A DNA stretch of 56,916 nucleotides, taken from positions 1 to 56,916 of the IMG/VR virus record IMGVR_UViG_3300006754_000019; one strand, written 5' to 3'. Source of the stretch: a virus. Its lineage: Duplodnaviria > Caudoviricetes. The notes below the pieces were generated by a model that saw nothing but the letters and a program-made list of their open reading frames with translations, searched no databases and was not told the origin of the DNA. Both the position numbers and the translations under genes were made by a program. Positions 1 through 9,988 of this stretch are shown one piece after another; within the stretch, counting starts at the first letter, position 1, and each line of letters opens with the position of its first letter.

Positions 1-214
1 GCCATGACAACTCCCGACCTTTTAGGTAAAGCTCTGCTAGTAACTCCCTGTCCTTCGTACTTGTGTAATCATCTGTATATGATGGTAACTCAATCCCTAA
101 AAGTTCTTTATATGCTACACAAATTAAACCCCAACAATCCCAACTCTCCCACGTTCTACCATGAGGTTTAAAAGGGACTCCAATAGCTTTCGTACAGAAT
201 TCAGTAATATTCAT
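1..214 (-). CDS. NlpC/P60 tail tip assembly protein (lambda gpK-like), truncated at window edge
   Basis: Not in ORF track. Manual translation from ATG at 214 (ATGA overlap with upstream stop): MNITEFCTKAIGVPFKPHGRTWESWDCWGLICVAY..., with the G.P...GR....DCWGL NlpC/P60 motif. Confidence 0.85.
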   Translation of the reverse strand, partial: MNITEFCTKAIGVPFKPHGRTWESWDCWGLICVAYKELLGIELPSYTDDYTSTKDRELLAELYLKGRELSW

Positions 215-681
215 GTTACAAATAATCCTTGAAATTGTGCTGGTGAAAATTGACCAATCGGAAAAGGCTCAAGAGCAATATCCTCCATTGATAAATCGCC
301 TGAGACTTTCATCATATCCCATTTAACATTTCGCAAAGTAAAGGGAGCAAAAGTTAATTCTATTGTATCAGGGTCTGCAGCTCTTATTACCGAAATTGTG
401 ATCTTCGGTGCTGTTGAAATACTTCTTATACTCTCCGCAATCTCCCTTGATACATTGTCAATCACTAACTGAGCTGATGGTGTGCCGTCTCCAGTTGAGT
501 CTGGGAGAGTTATTTCAAACGGATATGCGACAAATAAATTACTATCGCTTGTTATATTTTCGTTATTATTAACCACCCTGATGGGAGTGATATCATCATG
601 GGTGATAGTGAGCAACACAAGAAATACATCATCTGTTTCTTGTGCATATGCTGCTTCTTTAAGTGCGTTTGTTATTGCCAT
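211..681 (-). CDS. Minor tail protein, DUF1833 / lambda gpL-like
   Basis: PFEITLP...AQLVIDNVSREI pattern; lies between the gpM-like and NlpC genes. Confidence 0.75.
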   Translation of the reverse strand: MAITNALKEAAYAQETDDVFLVLLTITHDDITPIRVVNNNENITSDSNLFVAYPFEITLPDSTGDGTPSAQLVIDNVSREIAESIRSISTAPKITISVIRAADPDTIELTFAPFTLRNVKWDMMKVSGDLSMEDIALEPFPIGQFSPAQFQGLFVT

Positions 682-691
682 ATATCTCCCT

Positions 692-1060
692 TTAAGGTAG
701 AACTTCTAGTTCATAAGTACTGCTCCATAATCTGTTACTCGCTGAAGAACCACTACCCTCTACATAACCCCATGTAGGAGGCTTTGTGAATCGTACTGTT
801 ATGGTTGAATCATCAACAGGGTCAGGGATAGTAAATGAACCAGAACCCTCTCCTATAGTGGTTATAAAGAAAGTATCAAATGTAGCCCTCTGTGTTCCTG
901 TTAATATCATCTTAACTTTTAAATTCCTTACGGCTGCTGTAAACAACTTTCTAACCTTCGGTGCTCCTGCTTCCATATTACTTCTAATAGTAGCTGTTTG
1001 CCTTTCATCGGTTGCTGACATAAATGCTTTTTGCGGTAAACTCGCTGGATACGCTGGCAT
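692..1060 (-). CDS. Distal tail protein (lambda gpM-like)
   Basis: IRSNMEAGAPKVRK...F...DP...VRF pattern; immediately follows tape measure. Confidence 0.7.
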   Translation of the reverse strand: MPAYPASLPQKAFMSATDERQTATIRSNMEAGAPKVRKLFTAAVRNLKVKMILTGTQRATFDTFFITTIGEGSGSFTIPDPVDDSTITVRFTKPPTWGYVEGSGSSASNRLWSSTYELEVLP

Positions 1061-1066
1061 CTTATT

Positions 1067-3622
1067 TTATCTCCCTGCTAATTGTGGACTCAAATTCGAA
1101 AAGGCTTTTGTCATCGCAGTGAATGTTTTAGACCCAGAGCGGATATTGTTAGCCACCTTCTCGTCTAGGATAACGTCAATTTTTCTCATGCCTCCAGATG
1201 TAGTACTCTCCTCAGTCTTAGTTCCTTCTGGTACTCCAATAACATTAACTTCTACGTTGGTATTTCCTCCACTACCTTGAAATTCTGGAAATCTATCAAG
1301 TGGTATTAATGCCTCTGTTCCTGCTTCACCGAATACACCTGCTGTGGGTTTAGTAGCTACACCACCTTTTGCGTTTTGAGGCAATCCTACTCCAAAGAAA
1401 CCCTCTCCAAGTGTAGTAACAGTTTCCATTCCCAATTGTCTATGAGTAGTTTGTCCTAAAGAATTTGTATTGGAAAAACCAAAATTTAAAATCCCTTTAA
1501 TTAATGGCTCTATTATAGTTATTTGAATTATCATCTGCGTAATCATTTTAGCAAAAGATTTTAATATCCCTTCAAAGGTAGTTTCTGCTCCAAATAATAC
1601 ATCTGTTAATGTTTGGGAGAAACCACTAGCCCATCCTTCTACCGCTGATTTCATATCATCAAAAGTATCAGTAGAGGTCTTTTTCATTTTTCCTGAAGCA
1701 TCAGCAAATTTTATCTCTGATTCTATAATAGCTCTATCAAATGTCTGTTGACCAATCACCCCTGCATCAAATAATTCTTTTAATCTTACTTGCTCCTCCG
1801 ACAGCACTTCTACAAAAGTCCTCACAGACTCCCTTACTTTTATTCCTTCATTAGTCATTTTTTTAAATTCTTCTGCTGTCTTTCCCATTCTTTTTTGTAG
1901 AGCATCGAAAGTCTTTTTTGACTCAGTATCTAAAGCACTTACTTCTATACTTGAAGAGATTGTTCGCCAAATCTCTTTCAATCTTTCTGGAGATTCTATC
2001 ATAGCTTCTTCTATCACTTTGAAACTATCCATTATTACTATCGCTGCTTTGTTTGCTTGAGTAGATGATTCTATATCCAAAGATTTATATGCTTCAGTGA
2101 TCTTTTTTAATTGAGCTACTTTTTCATTTGCAACTTCTGCATTAGCAGCTTTTATTTTATTAAGACTTTCTAATGTTGATTTCATCATCATATTATCCAA
2201 TGTCTCTTGTACTTGTGTATTACTCAGACTCTTGTGACTCATAGCAAAGGGAGAAGCATCAGAAGCAGAAGTAGATTTAGGTGTTGGCGTCCCAAGTCTT
2301 CTATTTGGTTGAGATGTCCCACTCTTTACCATTTTATCAGTGAAATCACTCACAGCGTTATAAGCATCCACTATGGCTAAAAATGCTTTAGCCACTCCAG
2401 TCAACCCTCTAACAATTCCTTTTAAGAGTAGAGTAAATGCTTCTAACCTTCCCCCACTCTTAAAAGAGTCCATAAACGCTATAGTCAATTTAGCAGTTTT
2501 CCTAATTTGAGGAGCAAGGTAAGACCCTATCTCTCTGAATAGATCATTGAACTTAGTCTTTACAGTTTTAAGTTGCTGTGATAATGCTCTTAACCTAACA
2601 TCTAATTCTTTATTGGATGAACCAAAAGAATTAATAGCATCTTTTGTTACCTTAGTTGTTTTCTCTAAGCCATTAAATACTTCCAGTAGTCTCCCTGCCT
2701 GTCTTGCTCCAGCTAATTGAGAAGCTATAAATACTTTCATAGCTGGGTCTAAAGTGGTAAAAGCTTTTTGAACTTCTATTAAAATCTCTTTTCCACTTTT
2801 TAATTCTCCATTGGCTTTGTTTTGAGAAATTCCAATGGCATCAAGGGCATCTATTACTTGTTTATTATCATCTATTAATCTAAGTAATCCTATCTTTAAA
2901 GCATTACCAGCCTCCGAGCCAGACCTAAAGACCTCTATGATAGGGGTAAGGAGTCCAGCTGTTTCTTCAAAGGAAAATCCCATCAACTTTGCTATTGGAG
3001 ATATGATAGCCATACCCCTTCCTAACTCTTTCAAACTGGTTGCATATTTATTAGATACCTCATTGAGAATATCTAATACACGACCAGCTTCTGAAGCTGG
3101 GGCTTTAAAGCCTTTAAGAATAGATATTAAAAGTTCAGAAGCTTCAACTGCCTCCAGTTCCCCTATCTTAACAAGAGTCAATGAACTTTCAACTAACTTA
3201 AAAGCTTCCTTAACTCCAAAGCCAGCTTGTTTAAAATTGGCTGCACTTTGTAGAACATCAGAAGTAGCCTCGCCAAACTTAGAAGATAACCCTTCTGTTA
3301 CTCCTATAAAATCTTTAGCATTCCCTTCCGTATCAGATAAAACTTTTTGTAAATCTAAAAGGGCATCTTCAAATTTTACAAACTCTTGAGTGCCTTTTAC
3401 AACAGCAAAAACAGATGCTCCAATAGCAGCAGTAAGCCCTACCAATCCCAATGTGACAGGATTGAACGCACCTCTTAAAGAGGTGCCCAATCTACGAAAA
3501 CTGCCCTCCATCTTACCAGAAAAGCCTTTGATATCTTTAGTAGCTGAGTTTAAATCTCTCTTCAACCCAGATGTCTTCATCCTTATTGTGCCAAATATAT
3601 TTCCTACACTAGCCATTGCCAT
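1067..3622 (-). CDS. Tail tape measure protein (TP901-family core)
   Basis: 851 aa, helical and Ala/Gly-rich; C-terminal AKGG...FGEAGTEALIPL motif; follows chaperones. Confidence 0.93.
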   Translation of the reverse strand: MAMASVGNIFGTIRMKTSGLKRDLNSATKDIKGFSGKMEGSFRRLGTSLRGAFNPVTLGLVGLTAAIGASVFAVVKGTQEFVKFEDALLDLQKVLSDTEGNAKDFIGVTEGLSSKFGEATSDVLQSAANFKQAGFGVKEAFKLVESSLTLVKIGELEAVEASELLISILKGFKAPASEAGRVLDILNEVSNKYATSLKELGRGMAIISPIAKLMGFSFEETAGLLTPIIEVFRSGSEAGNALKIGLLRLIDDNKQVIDALDAIGISQNKANGELKSGKEILIEVQKAFTTLDPAMKVFIASQLAGARQAGRLLEVFNGLEKTTKVTKDAINSFGSSNKELDVRLRALSQQLKTVKTKFNDLFREIGSYLAPQIRKTAKLTIAFMDSFKSGGRLEAFTLLLKGIVRGLTGVAKAFLAIVDAYNAVSDFTDKMVKSGTSQPNRRLGTPTPKSTSASDASPFAMSHKSLSNTQVQETLDNMMMKSTLESLNKIKAANAEVANEKVAQLKKITEAYKSLDIESSTQANKAAIVIMDSFKVIEEAMIESPERLKEIWRTISSSIEVSALDTESKKTFDALQKRMGKTAEEFKKMTNEGIKVRESVRTFVEVLSEEQVRLKELFDAGVIGQQTFDRAIIESEIKFADASGKMKKTSTDTFDDMKSAVEGWASGFSQTLTDVLFGAETTFEGILKSFAKMITQMIIQITIIEPLIKGILNFGFSNTNSLGQTTHRQLGMETVTTLGEGFFGVGLPQNAKGGVATKPTAGVFGEAGTEALIPLDRFPEFQGSGGNTNVEVNVIGVPEGTKTEESTTSGGMRKIDVILDEKVANNIRSGSKTFTAMTKAFSNLSPQLAGR

Positions 3623-3935
3623 TTTCCTTTTTAACTGATATACCGTTTAAAAGTGCTTTCATTGTTTCTATTCCTTGCTTCTTTGGTTTATCCATTCTGT
3701 AAGCATGAGGAATAAAATCCTCAGGCTTGAATGGTGTGGGAGTCTTCTTAGAATCCCTATTCACATTTCCTAATACAGAGGATATTATTCCAGACTGATA
3801 AAAACCTAACTGCGTTCCGAATGGTTTTGTCTGATAATATACCTCCCACTCTCTTAACTGTGTTCCACTTAATTCTTCTAGCAAATAATCTGGATGAGGA
3901 TAGCCCAACTCTAAGCATAAATCAAACAACATCAT
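3609..3935 (-). CDS. Tail assembly chaperone, C-terminal (gpT-like) frame
   Basis: L.EW..YY...PFG motif; in frame with the upstream gene after a -1 shift. Confidence 0.8.
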   Translation of the reverse strand: MMLFDLCLELGYPHPDYLLEELSGTQLREWEVYYQTKPFGTQLGFYQSGIISSVLGNVNRDSKKTPTPFKPEDFIPHAYRMDKPKKQGIETMKALLNGISVKKENGNG

Positions 3936-3949
3936 GTCAGTTGGGTCTT

Positions 3950-4306
3950 TTAGTTTTTTACTATAGCCTCTGTAGCCTCACTTCCTAAACCAGACATCTT
4001 TTGTGCTTTAAGAAATAGCTTATCCATTACAACAGCTGATTTAGTCTTTAACCATTCTATGTCTTCTTCTGTAAATAGCTTCTCTTTATCCTCTCCTACT
4101 ATAGTCAAAGAAAGCATCTTCATTTGAACTTTAATTAAATCCATCTCTTTATCATCACTTCCCTCAACTTCTTTCCTAAGCTCTTCTCTCTCTACTGCTG
4201 ATAAAGATTTAATAAATACTTTCCCTCCCCACTCTGGTACTTCTACTAATTCCATCTTTACATCTTTTACATTTTTGATATGTTCTTTGGTTAAGAACTT
4301 TGTCAT
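3950..4306 (-). CDS. Tail assembly chaperone (gpG-like)
   Basis: VEVPEWGGKVFIKSLS motif; between tail tube and tape measure; ends ...VKN at a slippery site. Confidence 0.85.
   Translation of the reverse strand: MTKFLTKEHIKNVKDVKMELVEVPEWGGKVFIKSLSAVEREELRKEVEGSDDKEMDLIKVQMKMLSLTIVGEDKEKLFTEEDIEWLKTKSAVVMDKLFLKAQKMSGLGSEATEAIVKN
3953..3959 (-). other. Programmed -1 frameshift slippery heptamer A AAA AAC
   Basis: Minus strand GTA AAA AAC TAA; a -1 slip reads ...K-L-K-D-P-T-D-M-M-L-F into ORF 3609..3935. Confidence 0.85.
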
Positions 4307-4329
4307 TGTACTTCTCCTTCAATTAAGTG

Positions 4330-4731
4330 TTATGATGTCTGAGTTATCTGACCATCAATTTTAATAGATGCTGCCATTGTTACCTTGTCATCTAGAGGGA
4401 CATCTAATGTAATATTAGTTACCCATCCTGAGAATGAATACTCCGTAGCTGCTGTATCAGTCAATACAATAGTATATGATTGAGAACTGCTACTTTCAAA
4501 GTCTGCATTCAATAAATCATAAGAAGCCCTAGTATAATTCATGTTGAGACTTATCTCACCACCATCTCTAAAGCCGCCAATGAACTCCCTGTACCCACCA
4601 GTAGAATCTAAGGTAGTCACATCAATCGTATCTCTTGCCTTATTAAAACCACTAATGGAATTAATCTCAGCCATTGCTACAGCACCTCTTTTGAATACTA
4701 CTCCTACACCAGCAAATGCACCACTTGCCAT
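4330..4731 (-). CDS. Major tail tube protein
   Basis: DTIDVTTLDSTGGYREFIGGFRDGGEIS motif typical of siphovirus tail tube proteins. Confidence 0.9.
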   Translation of the reverse strand: MASGAFAGVGVVFKRGAVAMAEINSISGFNKARDTIDVTTLDSTGGYREFIGGFRDGGEISLNMNYTRASYDLLNADFESSSSQSYTIVLTDTAATEYSFSGWVTNITLDVPLDDKVTMAASIKIDGQITQTS

Positions 4732-4763
4732 AGTTACTTCACCTCCTTTACTCTGTTAAAAAA

Positions 4764-5165
4764 TTAAGCTGTTCTATGAATTCGAAAATTCAAAGTTAAT
4801 ATAGGTCTCTCATTAGAATCATATCCAAGTGAGATGATATCTGATGAAGCCCATATTCCAATATATTTTGTACCATTAATCGTTTGATTCTTAAACTTAT
4901 GCAATACTCCTTTGATAGTCTCTAGAGTAGTATAGGCTGTAGAGTACCCTGTTATAGCTGTCCCTCTAACCCTCACTTGTACTGTTGGAAATTCATACTT
5001 CACATCAGTAGAAGCTGGTTCTCCTCCACCAGTATCAAACACTGTAACTACTACGTCTGGGGACGATGGTTCTCTACTAATAAACAAATCAGTTCCCTCT
5101 GTCAACCCTGTAGCTGAAGAAGACAATGCCAATATTGCAGATACATCTTCTGCTGGACTATTCAT
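4764..5165 (-). CDS. Tail terminator / tail completion protein
   Basis: DTGG...PTVQVRVRG...LGYDSNERP...NF pattern; upstream of tail tube. Confidence 0.75.
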   Translation of the reverse strand: MNSPAEDVSAILALSSSATGLTEGTDLFISREPSSPDVVVTVFDTGGGEPASTDVKYEFPTVQVRVRGTAITGYSTAYTTLETIKGVLHKFKNQTINGTKYIGIWASSDIISLGYDSNERPILTLNFRIHRTA

Positions 5166-5743
5166 ACTCCCAGTCTCCCTTTAATAATTGATTTAATCCT
5201 TCTAGCATTTTTAATAAAAGATTGCTCTAGAAATTTAGCCTGTCCTATTTGAATACTTGCTTTTACACTTCTCCCAAACACCTTACGCCTCCCTTTCTTT
5301 ACATGTGAAGCATTTAAATCTTCATGTACCTTTGCAGCATAACTGGCTGTGTACCCAACCTCAGCAAAAGGAGATAAGCTTGGTTTACTTCTTTTATTTA
5401 AAACATTTATATGTTGAGCAATCATAGCTTCTACATCTACTTTTCTTTTGCTCTTCTTAGATTCACTTTTAAAGTTAGGAGCTTTTGCGGCTGCTTGAAT
5501 CTTAGTCTGTTTCTTTCCTCCACCCCATATAACATAAGCACTAGCTTTTAGATTAGAAGTATCTACTGGAGTAATTCTTTGAGCATCTCCCTTAACTAAT
5601 AGAGCAGCCTCTAGAAGTCCTGAAACAGTAACTCCCTCTATATCATCTAAAGAATCATTGATGTTTTTAAGAACTGTGTCTAACCCTATCCAATCTAATC
5701 GAGTTCCTATATTAGATGAGCCTTTACCTATATTAATTGCCAT
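5162..5743 (-). CDS. Neck protein (HK97 gp10-like)
   Basis: PVDTSNLKAS, YAAKVHE and GQAKFLE motifs. Confidence 0.75.
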   Translation of the reverse strand: MAINIGKGSSNIGTRLDWIGLDTVLKNINDSLDDIEGVTVSGLLEAALLVKGDAQRITPVDTSNLKASAYVIWGGGKKQTKIQAAAKAPNFKSESKKSKRKVDVEAMIAQHINVLNKRSKPSLSPFAEVGYTASYAAKVHEDLNASHVKKGRRKVFGRSVKASIQIGQAKFLEQSFIKNARRIKSIIKGRLGV

Positions 5744-6087
5744 TATAGAATAGCCTTTCTCTCAAAGTCTGTTGCCTTTAAATTAGGAATCTTATTAAAT
5801 GCTCTTACTTCAAATGCCCCATCTACAGCTTTAGGAGAAGCAGCTGATGAAATACTTGCTAATGTTCCAAGATACAAATATCCTTCTAAGTCTACATCCT
5901 GTCCTATGTAAACAAAAGCTTTTGATACTGCTTCCCTTCCTGTACCATCTATAAATACTTCTTGATTGTCCTCCCACCTACCAGTAATTTCAACAGGAGT
6001 AGCAAATGTTCTACCCCCCCATTTGTCCTTAGTAGGAGTTCCCCAATAAACTATTGTTTGTTTATGATTACTTGTTAAAAAGCTCAT
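5743..6087 (-). CDS. Head closure / head-tail adaptor
   Basis: Size, beta-rich sequence and synteny in the neck module. Confidence 0.65.
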   Translation of the reverse strand: MSFLTSNHKQTIVYWGTPTKDKWGGRTFATPVEITGRWEDNQEVFIDGTGREAVSKAFVYIGQDVDLEGYLYLGTLASISSAASPKAVDGAFEVRAFNKIPNLKATDFERKAIL

Positions 6088-6461
6088 GTCATGTCCACCG
6101 CATCTATTGTATCTATCCTCGCCCTACGCTTACCAAGTTGGGATAGAGTCCCTGTCGTATCTAACATCATTGCCTGTTGTCCATAAGTAGTAAGCCCTAA
6201 CCCTTGAAGACCAGTTGTATTAAACCCAGCATACTCCACAGCTGTATTCCCTATCCTCTCCTTCCCTGCCTGTCGTTCTATTGAAACAGCCACAAAGTGA
6301 GCAGACATCCACCTCTCTATCTCCTTCAGATGGTCTGCTGTCATTGTAGCATTCCCTCCCAACTTCTCAGTCACCAACACATTAGCTGTATTAATATGTG
6401 CTGTGATAGTTTCACTTGTACTAATCAATTCTTTTACTTCTGTTGCCGTTACTCTAGCCAT
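6084..6461 (-). CDS. Head-tail connector protein
   Basis: IERWMSAHF...TTYGQQAMMLD.TG.L pattern; first gene of the neck module. Confidence 0.7.
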   Translation of the reverse strand: MARVTATEVKELISTSETITAHINTANVLVTEKLGGNATMTADHLKEIERWMSAHFVAVSIERQAGKERIGNTAVEYAGFNTTGLQGLGLTTYGQQAMMLDTTGTLSQLGKRRARIDTIDAVDMT

Positions 6462-7136
6462 TTAGATACTCTCCTGTTTCCAAAGTTCAGGGCTTATAAA
6501 TTCCTTTACCCCTTGTTCTCTCCATTCCAACCCTGCCCATTTAATAACTGATTCTATTTCCGTATAATTACCATCTATCATTTCCTGTGGGAACACCTCC
6601 ATGATGTCCAATCTATCTTCAAACATCTCCCTAAATCTTTTTACATGTTCCCTTACCCAAGACAACCAACCCTCCCTGTCTTTATACTTAGACATGAATC
6701 CTGTCTTTAAGCAAGATTGAATTACATCCTCACTTCTCCTTCTTACTATAATCCACTTAGCATCAGGGAAAGCCCTATCCCAAAGAGTCCACATCAAACA
6801 CATCTTCGCACCCTTGTACATTAGCGTATCTCTATCTTCTTTGTATCCCTGATACTTCATCTCCTTTAGAAACTTTTCCCTCCATTCACTACTATCTATT
6901 TCTTCAAAGTCTCTTATCTTAGGCAATGGTTTCTGTCCCATTGGGTCTGCCCCCACAGCTATCAATAAAGGTTTAACCATACCCTGAACGATAGCCCTGT
7001 TCTCAAACATACCCTTCTTGTTGTATGGGGTAGCTTGTGCTAACTTTCCTCCCCAAGCCCCACAAAGATGAACAACTCCTGCTGTCATACTTGTTCCTGA
7101 TCTAGCACACCCTGTAATGAATATGGGACTTTTCAC
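6462..7136 (-). CDS. PAPS-dependent sulfotransferase
   Basis: IFITGCARSGTS 5'-phosphosulfate-binding loop; FPDAKWIIVRR...DV..S 3'-phosphate-binding region. Confidence 0.85.
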   Translation of the reverse strand: MKSPIFITGCARSGTSMTAGVVHLCGAWGGKLAQATPYNKKGMFENRAIVQGMVKPLLIAVGADPMGQKPLPKIRDFEEIDSSEWREKFLKEMKYQGYKEDRDTLMYKGAKMCLMWTLWDRAFPDAKWIIVRRRSEDVIQSCLKTGFMSKYKDREGWLSWVREHVKRFREMFEDRLDIMEVFPQEMIDGNYTEIESVIKWAGLEWREQGVKEFISPELWKQESI

Positions 7137-8758
7137 TTTGTAAGCTCCTTCACTTTTCTAGTTAGATATTTAGGGAAAGCATCTTTAGTATTAACCACTA
7201 AGTAAGATTTATTTCTTACTTCTGGAGGACAAGAGTTCCACATAAAATCTTTATTGTAATAATCATTCCAAATAATAACTGTTTTCTGTTTCAATACTGT
7301 TGACATAATAGTAAGCCCTGATGGATACCCTACCACACACTTACTGCCCTTAATCAATCCGAATAGTTCCTCCACACTTGTCTTCCCTCTTAGATCAATC
7401 GAAAAAGGAATGTTATTTATAACATCTGTTTGGTCTTCAAACTCACTATCCCAAACAGCCCCAGCAAATACAGGAACACTATCTGTCTCTTGGCATATCA
7501 TGTTTACAGAATTAATCATCTGTTGTTTAGTAAACTCTCCCTGCCAATGACCATAGTGACCATGAAAGAGGAAGTAGAAAACGATATATTTGCCATACTT
7601 ATTTTTACATGCTTTCTCATAGTTCATTTGATCTAAAGACTCGAACATGTCTGGAATCCAATTACAATCTAACTCTCCATCCACTTCATCTAAAGAGAAT
7701 CCATTACTTAATTGACCATTGTAGGATAAGAAATAATCACACCCACATATATCTTCAAAGACAGTCCTCCCTGCATCCCTATAAGCTTCTAACCAAATCT
7801 CCTTTGGATAGATGGATGTATTAAAAGAGATTTCTGTAGACTTTAAGAAAGGAAACAACTTCAAGAATGGAAAAGCTCTTTTATGTCCCTCCCGCTTCCT
7901 ATCTTTATTACAAGCCACATATACATCTGGAATCTCTCCTTCCTTCCCTATAGTCTCCATGAAGGATTGCATCTTTACAACAGACCAATAAGCATCTCCC
8001 ATGCCAGGAGGTACTAATATCTTTGTCCTCTTTTGCTTTGGTTTGGTACAATAGAAAACTATCTTAGACAGAACAGGCTTCTTATAACAATCAACTTTGA
8101 ATCCTGCTTTAGATAATAAGTCTATCATCTGGGTTTCATTAAGAAACCAAATGTGTTCCTCTTTCCAGTGATGCTTACCCTCTGGACAAAAGAAATTGGG
8201 AACATCTATAATACATTCCCCTCCCTGCTTAGTTACTCTGAACATCTCCTTCACAAAACTAACTGGGTCTTGTATATGCTCCAATACATCATGGCAAGTA
8301 ACCTTGTCAAACATATCTACAGGAAAGTGAACATCTTCAAATCTTTTCTTATATGTAAACTCATCACTCTTTTTATAATGATAGTCAGTTATCTCACACC
8401 CATAAGCCTCAGCCCCTATAGCCCTGCAAGCTTCAATGAATGCTCCACTCCCTGACCCTACATCTAATACTACATCTTTTTCTTTTATCTTATGAGATAT
8501 TACTCTTTGCATTCCTAAATATAAATCATGTTCATAATCTTTAGCTTTATACTCAGGATTAGAAGGAGGGTATTCTTTATAATCAATACTATTTATTCCC
8601 TGCCTAACTATCCCACACTTACATTTATAGAAGTACACTCCATTACTGGTAGTTTCAATAGTCTTACCTTCTGGAGTAACTTCATAGAGTTGTCGATCAT
8701 ATTTATTAAAATCAACACTCCCACATATACATTTTAACTTCTTTGGGTTGGTTATCAT
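7133..8758 (-). CDS. Class I SAM methyltransferase fused to a GT9 (heptosyltransferase-like) glycosyltransferase
   Basis: VLDVGSGSG and HDVLEHIQDP (MTase); PPGMGDAYW and DLRGKTSVEELFGLIKGSKCVVG..SG (GT9). Confidence 0.85.
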   Translation of the reverse strand: MITNPKKLKCICGSVDFNKYDRQLYEVTPEGKTIETTSNGVYFYKCKCGIVRQGINSIDYKEYPPSNPEYKAKDYEHDLYLGMQRVISHKIKEKDVVLDVGSGSGAFIEACRAIGAEAYGCEITDYHYKKSDEFTYKKRFEDVHFPVDMFDKVTCHDVLEHIQDPVSFVKEMFRVTKQGGECIIDVPNFFCPEGKHHWKEEHIWFLNETQMIDLLSKAGFKVDCYKKPVLSKIVFYCTKPKQKRTKILVPPGMGDAYWSVVKMQSFMETIGKEGEIPDVYVACNKDRKREGHKRAFPFLKLFPFLKSTEISFNTSIYPKEIWLEAYRDAGRTVFEDICGCDYFLSYNGQLSNGFSLDEVDGELDCNWIPDMFESLDQMNYEKACKNKYGKYIVFYFLFHGHYGHWQGEFTKQQMINSVNMICQETDSVPVFAGAVWDSEFEDQTDVINNIPFSIDLRGKTSVEELFGLIKGSKCVVGYPSGLTIMSTVLKQKTVIIWNDYYNKDFMWNSCPPEVRNKSYLVVNTKDAFPKYLTRKVKELTK

Positions 8759-8780
8759 AAGTCCAAGTCCCCTTTTGTAT

Positions 8781-9485
8781 TCAATATACCCTCCTACAGA
8801 TATCTACTTCTGTCACTCTCATAGTCGCATAATCCTTACATATATGATATATAAAATTAGAAGCATCTCTTGGTTTCATTAACTTATCGTAGTCCCCTCT
8901 GTGACTTGCCATATCAGTTTGTAAAGCACCTAGATATATACTAACCACTTTTACCCCTGCCCTTGTAGCATCAAACTGTATAGAATCTGCAAAGCCTTTT
9001 AGACCATGTTTAGCTGCACAATATATAAATTCTCCATCAGCCCCAACCTTACCAGCAATGGAGTTTATGAATACTATTAACCCCTCCCTACGTTTTACTT
9101 GTTGCCATAGTTCTTTTGTTAATACCATCTGGGAAGTTAGATTAGTATTTATCATATTAGCGAAGTCCCCTGACTCACATTCCTCTATTCCCATACTCTC
9201 ATGAATACCAGCATTGAGAATTAGAACATCTAGTCCTCCCATTTCTTCTGCTTTCTCTTTTAATTTATAAGCTGTTCTTATATCATTAATATCTCCCTTA
9301 ACAGTTTCACATTCTACATGATAATCTTTTGTATGTTCCCTAGTGAAGGAGAAGTTCTTACTTACACAAGGGAGATCATTCTGCTTACTATGTAAAATGA
9401 GATTATATTCGTGTTCAGCAAAAGCTTGTGCTAATCTTTTACCCAACCCTCTTGATGCCCCTGTTATTAATACGTTCTTTTTCAT
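8781..9485 (-). CDS. Short-chain dehydrogenase/reductase (SDR)
   Basis: TGASRGLG, LNAG, YCAAK motifs; start moved to MKKNVLITG at 9485. Confidence 0.92.
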   Translation of the reverse strand: MKKNVLITGASRGLGKRLAQAFAEHEYNLILHSKQNDLPCVSKNFSFTREHTKDYHVECETVKGDINDIRTAYKLKEKAEEMGGLDVLILNAGIHESMGIEECESGDFANMINTNLTSQMVLTKELWQQVKRREGLIVFINSIAGKVGADGEFIYCAAKHGLKGFADSIQFDATRAGVKVVSIYLGALQTDMASHRGDYDKLMKPRDASNFIYHICKDYATMRVTEVDICRRVY

Positions 9486-9988
9486 AGTATAGGCAACCCA
9501 TCTTTCTTTAAGCAAATGATAGCTGGCTCTCCCATCAAGTAAGCATCCAACATTGCCTTCTCTGTCTCTTCCTGACTTCTAGGAAAGTAACCATATATAT
9601 TTTTAAATAAAGATACCAACCCTTCAGCATTAAGTGGTCTGTGAGTCGCACCATGCGTTGGATAATCACTATTCCCTATTAACATTACTGGCAACTTCTG
9701 TTCATCTATGTCGATCTTTATCTGCTCAAATGGTCTTTCAATTAAGAAGGGAGTAATGGAGTATACAATAGGTCTTAATCCCTCCATAGCCATTCCAGCA
9801 CTTATACTAATCATACTCTGTTCTGTCAATCCAAGATTGAAATATCTATTTGGAAACCTCTCCTTATATTCATTCATCTCTTGCTCTACGTCACCAGTAA
9901 GGAGGACAATGTTCTTATCCTTCTCAGCCAACTTGACTATAGTTTTCCCGAATGCTCTTCTCATATTCTTTATGTCCTCTAAGCTCAC
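9482..9988 (-). CDS. Transketolase-like protein, stand-alone pyrimidine-binding domain
   Basis: FPNRYFNLGLTEQSMI, RPFEQIK, G.TH motifs; no third (C-terminal) domain. Confidence 0.88.
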   Translation of the reverse strand: MSLEDIKNMRRAFGKTIVKLAEKDKNIVLLTGDVEQEMNEYKERFPNRYFNLGLTEQSMISISAGMAMEGLRPIVYSITPFLIERPFEQIKIDIDEQKLPVMLIGNSDYPTHGATHRPLNAEGLVSLFKNIYGYFPRSQEETEKAMLDAYLMGEPAIICLKKDGLPIL

